The notes below the pieces were generated by a model that made no database searches, was not told where the DNA came from, and worked only from the letters and a program-made list of their open reading frames with translations. Below are positions 1 through 25,290 of a stretch of DNA of 64,000 nt, piece by piece (the first letter of the stretch is position 1; each line of letters begins with the position of its first letter). The position numbers were made by a program, and so were the translations under genes. This stretch comes from Phoronis australis (taxonomy: Eukaryota > Animalia > Phoronida): NCBI GenBank assembly GCA_002633005.1, contig NMRA01000015.1:1595439-1659438 (forward strand), given 5' to 3'.

Positions 1-214
1 GGGCCATGTAGGGCCTAATCCACAAGTCTGAGTGCGTATTTAGTCAAATATCTAAAAAAATTGATTTTAACTCAGTCAAAGCATATATTTTGTGAAAGCA
101 GAAAGTTTCTTCAAAGAGTAACTTTACGTGAATCTCTCATTAACTTGTTCATGTGACTATGTCCACGACAGCACCGCAAATAGTGTACTTCTGTGGGTGC
201 CTTTAGTAACATAA

Positions 215-2430
215 AAATGACCATTAGATGGCGCAGAATGCATCAAAACTGTCTGAACTGACATGGTGGCCCCATGTCTGCAATGCACAAATATTTGCCA
301 AATTTCATGAAAATGAGCCGCAGAACTCCTAAGATATAAATATGTAAAACAAATGACACTAGGGGGCATATCTATAGTCCGCTTGGTCTGAAATTCATCG
401 TCATCTGTTGCCATCTCTATAGAAGCCCATCTGCAAAATGTTGCAAAGATCCTTCAAAGGGTTAAGGAAATGCAAAAAAATGACCCTTAGGGGTCCCAGA
501 ATAGTAAAAAAACATTCGAAAATCAACATCAGCCAGAGTCATTGCATCAGGAACACAGCCGTCAATTTTCATAATCGTCATTTGAGTGGTTAGGCAGTTA
601 GAGGCAGACATCGAAAACATACATGGAAAATTTTAAATAGCCACGAAGTGGTGCAGAAAACATCAAATCTGTCCGAAAATGGGAGGGTGTTGTCGTCTCC
701 TTGCCCTATTTGCCGAATTTCATGAAAATACATTCATGAACTCCGAAGGTACAGTGGTAAACTTAAAATACACTTTGCTACTAGGGGGCACAGTAATATT
801 TGGATTAGTTTGACATTTTGTTAACGTTAATCGTGGGCTCCAAAGAAAATTTGACAGGGCTTCTTCAAAGGGTTAAGGAGATGCGACCTGACGTAAAAAA
901 ACAAAATCACCACTAGGGGGCGACACAGTAGTCAGACTTGTAGGAAAGTCAACTTCAGTCGTGGCTTTCTCATCAGGAACACATCTGTAAATTCACATAA
1001 TGATCCTTTAAGTGGTATGGCAGACAGGGAAGAAGATGCCAGAAAACGGACGCAAAATAACAAAAATCTGTCTGAAAATGGGAAAGTGTTAATGTCTCCT
1101 TCACAGAAACCTACCGGTCGAATTTCATGAAAATGCATTACTAAAATCTGAAGATAGAGAAGCAAACACAAACAACTAAAATTGCCACTAGGGGGCACAG
1201 ACGTATTATGGTCAGTTCGAAACTCGTCGTCATCTGTCATCAGCCAAATAGGAACACACCTGCGAAATTTCAATACGATCCTGCAAGGGGTTTAGGAGAT
1301 ACAGCCATGGACGCCGGACGCCCAGAGCTGATGGCAATACGCACCCACATATAAATATGTAACAAGAGCAACGTGGAGCGTTGAAATGCGTCCACGAATG
1401 CTTCTAAGGGTGTTTATTTGTATCATCAAAATGGTCACTAGATGGCACAAAATAAGTCAAATCGAAAAAAATGGGAACATGCCATCGTTTCCTTAATAGA
1501 AAGGTATTTACCAAATTTCACAAAAATTTGTCAAGGGACTTGAGAGAAACAAAGAAAAAACGAAATTGCCACTAGGGGGTATAGCATTTGTCATATAGAT
1601 ATGAAAGTGGTCGTCTGTTGTTTACTTCATTCAAATACACTAAATAAATTTAATAAAGATCCTGCAGTGGGTTCAGGAAAAACAGCTATGGGCGCAAAAT
1701 AAAACAAAACTTCCACGAGGAGGTGCCACAATAGTCAAAGTCGTCATCGTCAACCGTTTTCTTCACACTGAGAATATATACTACCCCAATTTCACAACCA
1801 TCATTTAAGGTTAGGCGGCAGACCCCAAAAAATAGACTCAAGAACAGCAAAACCAACCACCAGCCACTAAATGGTGCAAACAGGAGGATAGCGTCATCTC
1901 ACCAATAGATGCCTATATTCCAAATTTTATGAAAATCCGTTGACGACCTTTGAAGATACAGAGGCAAACGTAAAAAACGAAAATTGCCACTAGGGGGTAC
2001 ACCAGTAGTCAGATCTGTCCGAAAGTCATCGCTGTTCTTTGTCAACTTCATATGAATATAAATATACTTGCTAAATTTAATAAAGATCCTGCAGAGTATT
2101 TAGGAGATACAGCCATGGGCACAAAAAACTGCCACTAGGAGGCGCCACAGTGATAGAAGTTGTCGGAAAATCATTGCAAGAACATACAAGCCAATCTTCA
2201 TAATCACCGTTATAGCGGTTTGGTCGGATAGAGGGGCGGACACTAAAAAAATAGTCTTGAAAAAAGTAAAGTAGCCACTAGGTGGTGCAAAATACCTCAA
2301 ATCCATCTGAAAACGAGAGGAAAATGTCATCTCACTAAAAGATGCCAAATTTTATGAAAATCCGTTAAGAACCTTTGAAGATATACAGGTAAATGTAAAC
2401 AACTAAAATTGCCACTAGGGGACACACCAG
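215..2430 (+). repeat. Diverged satellite-like array, ~140-bp monomers in a ~420-bp trimeric higher-order repeat, each monomer with a CTCF-like motif
   Basis: Recurring CCACTAG(G/A)(G/T)GGC-like cores at 221, 356, 484, 641, 778, 910, 1185, 1435, 1569, 1713, 1864, 1987, 2132, 2275, 2412, plus recurring AAATTTCAT(G)AAAAT and GATCCT..AAGGGTT..GGAGAT blocks. Confidence 0.85.
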
Positions 2431-2624
2431 CAGTCGGATCCATCCGAAAGTTCGCTCATCCCTTTCATAAAAGGAATACATGTGCAAAATTTCAAGAACA
2501 AGCGTCACAAGGTTTTGGAGATAGAGCAGTGGATGCCGAACGCCGGACAGACACCAGACGGACACCGGACGAACAGGGATGATGGCACAATGTGTCCACA
2601 TACAATTATATGGGCGCATAAAAA
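1361..2624. mobile_element. Helentron-associated / DINE-1-like non-autonomous element with internal tandem array; a second, truncated copy abuts it on the left (ending ~1360)
   Basis: Starts AACAAGAG with subterminal AATGCGTCCAC (1385-1395). Ends with a (GGAC/AGAC)n microsatellite (2545-2572), a stem-loop ATGTGTCCACATA..TATGGGCGCAT and AAAA. The same terminal module recurs at ~1305-1360. Confidence 0.55.
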
Positions 2625-4336
2625 TTAAAGACGCAGCCATAACAACAGTAATTACAAGGTGGAAGTAATCATCAGCTGCGGTTACATACAGAGGGTTTTT
2701 CTTTGCGCGCAATATTCACAATAGGTGTTCATTACCATGCACAGAGCGACAACTTCCACCTCATCCTAGATCAGATATGTGTGTGCGTGTGGACACTCCA
2801 CTTAAAGTGGGGTACCGTTGTAAGTTGCGCACAAGTACAAGTTGTTCTAGAGTAAGCTGTGTGTGGAGGACTTGTGATACTGCCAGTATCATATAGCATA
2901 CTATTGTATCACCAGTGTACAATGGACCTATTGTCAGCTGGTCAATAACAGTTGGACACCACTGAAACCCTACAAACAGTCCATTGCATAACAGCTTGAA
3001 AAATAGTTTCCAAAACAAATAGCGAAATGTTTTCATGGTAGATCAGAGGTTCTATTACTTGGTGAAAGCCAAGTATCATACTCCTGTTGTATTTTTACAT
3101 GACGTGTTCATTGACAATGGGTCAGTCATAAAGCAGACAGGGCAAATACTATGGAATTGACCTGCTCCATAGTGCATGAATCCCTCAAGGGAAGTTGCTG
3201 AGGTGATATTGGGAAATATCTGGCTCATGTCTCACCACCAACCTGTCAAGTAAGCCACCCAGGTCATATGACCCAGACACATATGGCTTAGATATCAACA
3301 CAACAGAGCACATAAGCTAATTATAGCCAAGAGAGTATAACTCCCACAGTTCTAGGTCAACAACTTTTTTTAGACATATGTTAGGTCTTCAATCACACTG
3401 AGAGACAAGAAATTGTAACTTGAACTTATTATGGAGACCAGCTATCCTACCATCAACTTCATGTGAAAAAAAATGAATCTCCATGTTTAAAAACAGCGTG
3501 CAGTAAAAAATCTTCAATTTGGGACAGAAATAAATTATTTCCCTCCAGGTGAGAGCGTGTGCCAAATTTTAGAAATAGGCACAATGCATCCTGAATTCAA
3601 GAATTATGATCAATGACAAATGATCATTAACCTTAATGGTAGACACTGTGAAAACGTATGAAAATGTTGCGTTGCGTTGGTGGCTATTTTCAACGATATC
3701 ATGAGCTGCCAAATCAATTTTTAGTATCTGCAAATACCGGTAAAAACCACAGCATCTGATATTTGAGAAACAATAAAAATGTCAAAATTGTAAATGTCTC
3801 TTCAGATCACAAAAATTACGTCTTAATAATTGGTTCCCAAATTTACACTGTCTCCATAACAGTAGTTATTTACTGATGACAAGACAGTCTTTAGTCTAAT
3901 CATTAGGAACAAAAACTTTGTGTTTTGTTACTTCATGTATTTTGTTGGACAAACGGGCCGCGTAAAGTAGGGAATGAATGGAACATAATTCCTTTCAAGG
4001 TTCCACCGACATGAACTTTTACGTGAGATATTTGAATATCCCAATGCACAAAGGTGGCAAGAGAGGGCACATAGCCCCTGCAGTTTGTCATTGGGGACAT
4101 GATACTCCACATCACGCTATGTACAACATTCCAGCCAAATGTATTTTGAATGGCGGTAGTTGAGTTCCAGCTACCAAGTTTTCACCTAGTCAAAAACACT
4201 TATAAAAGCGTTTACTTTCTTCAGCAAACCTGTTTGATTCTTTGCGTATCCTCCATGAAGCATGTCAATGAGGTGTCATCAACTTTTTCACAGTACATGA
4301 TCAGTACTCATAGCTTAGGTGATGTCACACAACTTA

Positions 4337-4769
4337 AGTTGCATTTACACAAGAGACGGCTGACACGGAGGAACTAACACGGAACAGCTGATCAGGAGCA
4401 AGTGTGTGTAAACAAGACAGACACGGAGCAAGTTGACGCTGCGGCGGCCATTTTTGATATCGATTTGATAGACAGAGCGAGCTGTACTCTATCAGTTGCT
4501 GTAGTATCAAGTATACGTCTAATCACAACTGGCACAGGGCGGAAAGGGATCATCTTTCAATGTCCTTGCGCATCAGCGTATATGAGGGTGATCCGCTGGC
4601 ATTCCATGTGGTTTGGTTGTTCGCTATTGTTTATGCAAGCAAGCACAGACAGTCTTCGTGTAAGTGCTGATTCAGTTTGTGATCTAATGTCGTGTAAATA
4701 CGACTTAAGTGAGCAAGTCACGCTGCCACAACTGACACAGTGACAATTGTCTCTCGTATAAAAGTGACT
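4337..4769. mobile_element. PIF/Harbinger-like MITE, copy 1
   Basis: Imperfect TIRs AGTTGCATTTACAC..GTATAAAAGTGACT with TTA on both flanks; internal similarity to 15877-16269. Confidence 0.6.
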
Positions 4770-5762
4770 TTAGGACTCGGAAATAAACCTGTAACATCAC
4801 CAAACCTGTGAGTGGCGAGGAAAGCTTTTAAGTGCAACTCAACAGAATTTGATAAATATGTTCAAGTATGTTGACTAAATTGTCTTTAGATTCATGAAAT
4901 GGTATTTGTTATAACTCAATGCCTACATATGCAAGCTTCATTCGCCGAGTTTTTTAGTTTTTAATGATCAGTTTTTAACATGAAGGACTATCGCCTGTAG
5001 ATCAAGTCATATCACAGACGGTGTTACTGCCAATGGTGGTAATTGGCGACTTTAAGGAAAACACTGAAAATTGACATTGCCTTTAATATTTTTAAAATGT
5101 TCATTTAAACCACCTGTGAATAGAAGGCGTATTGTCAAACAAAAACTTCACTGATGAAGATGTTACAACCCACTTGATTCCATGGGTCGCTCAATACTGG
5201 AAAACAGACAAAGTACCTAGTAAACAAACAAATAATTGATGACTACAGCAAAAAAGATTTTAAATCACTATACTATATTTTACAAAAAAATATTTTTAGT
5301 CCAAAACTGTAGGTGTTAAAACTGCATTTCATCAGTACTTAGCTATCAAAAAACATATAATGAATTAAGCTACTTAAGGTCATAACATTTCTCTCATAAT
5401 ATCCTTACTGAGGCTCAGGAGCCATTTCCGTTAACAACAAGCACATTGAAACAATCAGATATTCAAGAAAACATTTCAGAGTTCACTGGGGTTTGCCTTG
5501 ACCTAAAGACCTAAAATTGTGAATTTGAGAATGGCATATGTACGCATTACTTGTGACTTGAGATGGCAGGAACAAGTCAAGACCAGATGAGCTTGATGTT
5601 TTTAAATCCAAAGCGCTTCTTTTAAGATTTTAACATTGACAGCTAAAATGACCCTTTAAATTTGATCTGTAACTTAATGGCAATTGCATAAATAAGTTTA
5701 ACAAGCATATTCTTTAGAAAGTTTTGTGAACTGCCATAAAGCAGCAAAATCCAAATAGTTAC

Positions 5763-8700
5763 CTTGATATTGTAACCATACTTGTCTGCTGATCGGATGA
5801 AACGGTTAAATCCATCAGTTTGTGCCGTTGCGACAGTGAACACCACCAGTTCTGTAACAAGCATATACAATAGTACTCAACTTTGAATTCAGAAAAAAAA
5901 ATTAAATTCACCAGGTAAATAATCAGCGATAAAATTATAATTCTTAACCAATAAGTATAATTATGTTATTTCACATTCGAAGCTGTGGAGGCAATATTCT
6001 AACTACACGTCTAGTAAGTGGGACATTTTTGTAAAAAGTTAGCAAACAAAGACATTTTCTTAAAAAAGGACGTTATCCTCAAATTGAGACTCAGACATTC
6101 GGCAAAATCCAAAATGGAATAATCACAAATACTGAAAAATTTTCAAATGTCCAAAATGTTTGAGTCAATGTTATTTCATATAAAAGTTTCAGACTTTTTG
6201 TCTCATATTCTAGGACAAAATGCATAAGGGGCAAAATTTAAGAAAAGAGAATACCAGTAAAAGCAAAAATCACTTTCCATCACAAAAACCAACTTTTGAT
6301 TTTGAAATTGGCTTCAAGTTGTTCCTTAAAAGAGCTTGATGCTTAGCATAATGCCAGCTCGCCAAATGTGATCAGATAAATTTCCCAGGTCACCAAACGG
6401 AAGCAGCAGTCACCATACCTCATTGGCAACAGGCAAAAATATTCTTGAACAAAAATTAGGAGTGTCTTTGGATTTTTGCTAAACGATTCCAACTTCCGTT
6501 TAATTACTTCCTGCTGTATCTTGACCTGAGTGCGTGCTCGGATGTGTGCATGGCAACTTCATGGCAACATGGGATTTTTTGCCAGGTTGTCAAACAAAAT
6601 CAGAACAGCAGATTGCTACATCCAGCTCTGCATGGTCAAAATAGATGTGATTAATGGTCTTGAAGACAGACAGGTTATAACTGGTTGAGACAGGTTCACT
6701 TGTCGTGTTATATAATTTTATTTGCTAATGCCATGCCTGGTCTCAAGCAATGTAACAAACCACCAGTTTTTTTGCAAGACCGAAACTCACTTACTCATCT
6801 GAAAAAGGAAAAGTTCAGTAAAATTTCAGAGTGGCAAGTGGTCTAAATCAAAGGCTAGTTACTTTGACACACCAACAGTTTCTAGCCACATCAAATATTC
6901 CAGAAACTGTTGTAAACTCAATTTTTACACAGTTTCCTAGGCAACCAATACATCACTATCGTTAGTTCTTCAGCAAACTGTGTTTTGCCAATTATGAAAA
7001 CTTTTCTAAAATTTCGTACATGCAAGTGAAAATCAAGAGCAAACTTATTAAAATGTCGATAGTTTTGTTCACCACAAAAGCCCTCGACCCATGGCCCACA
7101 TTGACATGGCAATATATTTCCCTCTCATTAAGACCTCATTAATGGCCAGAGGGTAATTAACAGTATGTTTGATATAGGTGTAGCAGCATAGGCGGATTTA
7201 GGGGGGGGCCCAGGCGGCCCGGGCCCCCCCCCCTTGGCTGCCGCAAAAAAAAATAAAACAGCAAGAGCGTAGGGAAATGGTGAGTTTATTAATCAAACCC
7301 GGTAATTAAAATTATACGGATGAAAAGAAGATTTAAATGTGTGCAGTTTTAGTGTTTGGGGGGGGGGCTCAAACCCAATTTCAAGTGTCAAATTCGGAAC
7401 ACGNNNNNNNNNNNNNNNNNNNNNNNNNNNNNNNNNNNNNNNNNNNNNNNNNNNNNNNNNNNNNNNNNNNNNNNNNNNNNNNNNNNNNNNNNNNNNNNNN
7501 NNNNNNNNNNNNNNNNNNNNNNNNNNNNNNNNNNNNNNNNNNNNNNNNNNNNNNNNNNNNNNNNNNNNNNNNNNNNNNNNNNNNNNNNNNNNNNNNNNNN
7601 NNNNNNNNNNNNNNNNNNNNNNNNNNNNNNNNNNNNNNNNNNNNNNNNNNNNNNNNNNNNNNNNNNNNNNNNNNNNNNNNNNNNNNNNNNNNNNNNNNNN
7701 NNNNNNNNNNNNNNNNNNNNNNNNNNNNNNNNNNNNNNNNNNNNNNNNNNNNNNNNNNNNNNNNTCCCCCCATTCGGTGCTATGCGCATCTACAATCGTG
7801 GTTCAGTTTGCGCAAATGCTTACAGCCGGACAAAATGTTGGGCCCCCCCCTTGCGATATCCTAGATCCGCCACTGAGCAGGGAAATTAGGATACACATCC
7901 AGAATGAACTTGAAACGGCAATATGGCACCCATTTGTAGGAGTTTCCATGAAGAAGTCACTTGTTTGTTGGGTTTTCTTTAAGATCAACCACCAACCCTT
8001 TGACCCTTTGTAGGTGATAGTTTATTGACCATAGACCTTTTCTTGGAGTCTTTTTAACTCATTAAGCCGCAACAAAACAAGAAGAAATATCATGTTGTCA
8101 AAAGAAGAAATATCATGTTGTCAAAAATGAGTACATTTTAGACTTTGCAACCAAGCATTTTTAACTCCCTAGACTTGAGTTTTTACCAAAGAATTGAACA
8201 TTGACAGTTTCAATGGGAAAATGCCTCTAAAATCTTGTACGGAGTTTCAATCTCAAACAATTTTTAAAAACCTATCAAAATATTAAAAACTGAAGATTTT
8301 AGAAACGTTAAAAATTTAGATAATATCAAAGATGGTTCTGTTGCTCTTTTAGTTGAACAAACAAAACTTTCGTAGAGTTTCTAACTCCCACAGTGAACCC
8401 TGTTGAGTATTGTGCCAGAAAAGACACTTTCATTAAAAGAACTGGTCGTCTAGAAGACACCACTCTGAGAAGCATGTCTCACACTACCCCCCCCCCCCCA
8501 ACCCTATGGCATTATGTATATTACATAACACAGGGTGTGGTAGATTAGTCACAGCTATTGACTGAGACTGGGAATGCACTGTCTCAGTGTCAGTGATTTG
8601 CCCCTAGATTATTTTTCACGAAGTGTTCATAATAGCAGTAAATATCAGACAATTTTTATTTTTTTATTACAGCTCAGCCCAACAGTGAGTAAACCCCCTG

Positions 8701-8966
8701 ACGTCGATCACGTACACATAAGAGCGCAACGCGGCAGTCCCCCGGCACTGCGTCTGCGTCCGAGTCGAGTGACAGACACATCGACAGCACCGAAACAGCT
8801 GATAGGTTAGAAATAAACGACAAAAATATAGAAAAATCGATGACATCAAAAGCTTACCTCTCGTGTCTTGAGAGCATGATGTGAAAGTAAAAAGAGTCAA
8901 AGTAAAGAAGATTGCGCTCCAAAGTAAGAAAGAGCTGGAACAGCAATCACACCTCCGTGATGCCAT
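5763..8966 (-). CDS. PLOD: Procollagen-lysine,2-oxoglutarate 5-dioxygenase (lysyl hydroxylase, PLOD1/2/3 family), 5' part; gene continues beyond the left edge of the window
   Basis: Exon 1 8966-8858 encodes MASRRCDCCSSSFLLWSAIFFTLTLFTFTSCSQDTR (signal-peptide-like; donor G|GTAAGC). Exon 2 5851-5763 encodes (E)LVVFTVATAQTDGFNRFIRSADKYGYNIK (acceptor ttacag, donor AAG|GTAACT), resembling vertebrate PLOD exon 2 ([27 protein letters not shown]). No exon 3 recognised in 1-5762. Confidence 0.85.
7187..7875. mobile_element. Non-autonomous DNA transposon (GGCGGATYTAG-type TIR) spanning an assembly gap
   Basis: CATAGGCGGATTTAGGGGG ... CTAGATCCGCCACTG with G/C-run subterminal repeats; AGCAG on both flanks. 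Confidence 0.6.
7404..7764. other. Assembly gap (361 N)
   Basis: Run of n bases. Confidence 0.99.
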
Positions 8967-9240
8967 GTCACAAAATTAATTAAATGTTTCGACGAAAGGT
9001 AGCGCTCGCAATTTGCTAAGAGATTTGTGGAAATAACAAAACTAAAACACAATAGTTGTTTCCCAATCTACATCGATTTTTAATATTTTTCACTATAAAT
9101 CCATTACTTGTCTGAATTTAAAAAAAAATAAAAAGCACGACTCACGGAAATGGTCGGAAATAAATTTTCAATTAGTTATTCAAATTGGAGCTGACGTCAA
9201 CGACAGGTGCGCGCATGCGCATATTCATCTGCTACGGGTT
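8967..9240. promoter_or_regulatory. Bidirectional promoter between PLOD and GNB
   Basis: Short divergent intergenic region with ETS-like CGGAAA x2 (~9145, ~9155), CRE TGACGTCA (9192-9199) and NRF1-type CGCGCATGCGCA (9210-9221). Octamer ATGCAAAT (9481-9488) and YY1 AAAATGGCGGC (9652-9662) lie just downstream in GNB intron 1. Confidence 0.7.
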
Positions 9241-9373
9241 AACCGCTGACAACGCAAGGGAGCCGCGCCCTGAGGAAGAGAAATTTTTCATGTTATTTGT
9301 CAATTTTGTTGCTAAAATTTAAAGGTTTTATGGTTGTGCCATAGGCCTGTGCATTAATCACATAAACCTTTTG
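9240..9373 (+). other. Probable non-coding first exon (5' UTR) of the GNB gene
   Basis: Strong donor TTG|GTAAGT at 9373/9374 just downstream of the promoter motif cluster, with matching acceptor ttttcag at 10557 upstream of the ATG. Start coordinate is approximate. Confidence 0.55.
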
Positions 9374-10589
9374 GTAAGTATTACTTGGCTCGATATTGTT
9401 TTGGCAATAGTTGGAGGACAAAAGGTGTTGCTTCTCTGCGATATTGCTGTATGCCGACATTTCTTGTTTGTTGTCTGGATATGCAAATAGCTCAGTGATT
9501 CACACCCGAAATACTGCCGAGTGACCATTTTCGAGCGCTTTTGACTTCCTCTCCTTTGCGTTAAGGTTTGCTATGTTGTCGCAAGCATGCACATTCTCTT
9601 AAGAGTTCCGTTTTAGCTGTAAACGAAATACTACTTCAGATAATAGAAATAAAAATGGCGGCCAACGCTAAAACGAACGTGTAACCGGTGAACTGACAAG
9701 ATACCAGTTCATTCCATTGCAATTTCTGTTCATTGTCATTCTACTCCTGTGTGCCTAGATGTTCTGGTTGCAGTTTAAGTACTTTGATTACCATTACCTC
9801 TTGACAGCCTTTTATTGATTTCATTAGCTTTTGCTTTGGGTTGGTGCTGTCGTTTTTGTGGCCAAACTTCAGGAATGAAGTGATGTCAGTAGACACTGTT
9901 TGGGGGGATCGTCATCCTAGAACTACGGTAGTCTCGATCCCTGGATTTTGATATTGAGATCAGAAATTACAGTCAGGGTGAAGGTTGTTGAAGTGCATTG
10001 TTGTGACAATCCACTGAGGTAGGTCACAACATTGCAAACGGAATCCGCCTACTTCAGAAGTCGGGCTTGTTTCCAGAAATTGTTGGGAACAAAATATGAC
10101 GAGTTGACCAAAGAAATGCCCTTGTATTATGTCTACCATGGCAAGTGAGACTGAAAATTTCTCTTATTTTTTTGTATGGGCATTATGATTCCTTATATTG
10201 TTACTCATTATGTGGTACTACTGATTCTGGTTCTCATTCTTAAGACAAAGGTTTTTGGCAAAAGTTAGTTATAACTGTCCCTGATTTGGGAATGAATTAT
10301 CTACTAAATATCGGCAGCTATTCAGTGATTGTCTAGATCTTGAAGTCAATGACTGCCTAAAAGGACCCTTTCCAATATTCACCGGAAGTCTTGATTTCTT
10401 TGTTTTCCTTCGAGTTCCCAAAGTTGGAGGCAAAAATATGAAATTGGAAGTTTTAAGTGTGACGCGGCAATATGTAATTTTGCTTTGTATTTGATAAGGT
10501 GTCGGCTATACACTGATTTCACGTTGATGTTAATGCAGTTGCATTGATCTTTTTCAGATTTTATTAAAAAATATTAAAAAAATAACAAA

Positions 10590-23584
<12,995 letters not shown>

Positions 23585-25290
23585 ACATAACTTGTTACCA
23601 TAGTGACTGTTGTGTTTTCTCCACGCGTCACCAGTGGCAACCGTCTCAGTGTGTTGCTGTTGCGGGAACAGACTTGATACAAGATGACTCGGTGGAGAGT
23701 ATCACTAAAATGAGAAGTGGCTGACTAAAAGCTTTCTGCTTCTCTTGACAGATGGTCATTGTTTATGTACAGTGAACAGCACAGGTACTGTCAGGTGTCA
23801 AGTGCTATGTGAATGGAACAGGATCACACCTTTGGGCGGGGAATTTGTATTGACGTTTTTTCGGTGTTAATCAAAATCTAGTCTGTAAAATGCCAAATGT
23901 GGAGAAAATACTTGTATTGGAACTGGTGAGGACGTTGCTCAACTGAGGAGCTTGTTTCCACTGATCTAGAGGTTTTGTACTCAGCTTGTTACAGCCAACT
24001 GCCCGCGATTGTATTGTTGATATGCAAAACGAGTTTTCATTTATCACCTTTATAGTAGTTCTCTTTCAACTCCATAGTGAAATTCCTGGGACCATTACCG
24101 GGCAACAGCGGGGTTTTCGTCATCGTTATAAGTGAAATGTTGCTTGTTCACTAGCAGGATGGTCCTGCCTGTGGATTTTGTTGCATGTAGTATCACCTTA
24201 TTACTGTTAACTGGAATACTGTTGGCGATGAAAGACATTAGTTTCATGTAGTCGTGGCTTTTACCCTAGGTTGTTAGCTGCGACGTGTTTCAGAGCTGCA
24301 ATATTGTTCGGAACGTTTTATTTATTTGAACAGCTATGTATGTGATTTGATATATTTCGTACTTGTTTACACACCTGTATTATGAGGTAGTTGTGCTCTT
24401 GTTTTTTGGTTTTTGTATATCTTTATTTGTGCCGATCTTACTTTGGCACCATCATGATGCTGGGCTTCTGTTGCAGTTGGCACTAGACCTGATGGGCGAT
24501 GCCAGTCCACAGTCATTCATTCTCTGTTAATAACTTGATACTGTACCGTGGACAGTGAAATTAATATTATGTATAATTAAATTTCCATAAACTTGTTCTA
24601 GTTCTGTGTAAAATATTTACAAAATTGAATCGTGTTTATTCAAGATTATTCTTCATATAATTATAGATTCTCTAAATATTTCCAAATCATGGACTGGTAT
24701 ACTTCTAATGCATTGACTGTTTTCATTGGTTGGTGTCCCTGATCATGCTTACTGTTGGTACGGAGCCCAGCTACGTCTGTCTGTATAAAGTGGCCATGTG
24801 TGTGTCTGAGAGGTGATCGAACAAAATGCTGTGAATCTGGCTTCTCTCTCTCTCTCTCGGCATGATGTGCACTAGTGTAGGTGTTTGCCGCTGAATTCTC
24901 TTGGGTAACCGGACAATGAGGAAGGATAGTCCCTGTTGGAGAGTGGAGGCTTATTGCACATTTTTGACAAAAGAAATTTGTAATTAGTTGGTTTCTAGAT
25001 ATATCTCTGTAAGCGTGACTTCAACCCAGTTTATTGTATGTATGTAGTTTAACTATTCTCTCTGTACAGTATAACGGTGAGCTTCGCAAGGATCTTGTGA
25101 TAGAATCACTGCCGCTAATTGGAAGTGCTTATTTATACACAGACTGACTTCCTTATAGTCTTGCTGACCAATGGTCAGTAGGAAGTAGAGGACGTGGTTA
25201 TAGCACTGCCCAGACTTAGACTGTGACTATCAGTATCTGTATTAATGTCATGTAATTAAATGTGTTCAATAAAGCTGTCTTTATCAAGAT
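23585..25290 (+). other. Probable long GNB 3' UTR ending near AATAAA (25268-25273)
   Basis: T/G-rich, repeat-poor sequence after the stop codon; canonical polyA signal followed by a GT-rich downstream element. Confidence 0.5.

Noticed and set aside
7337-8013. Long ORFs in the ORF track
   Set aside because: Artefacts of translating through the 361-N gap.
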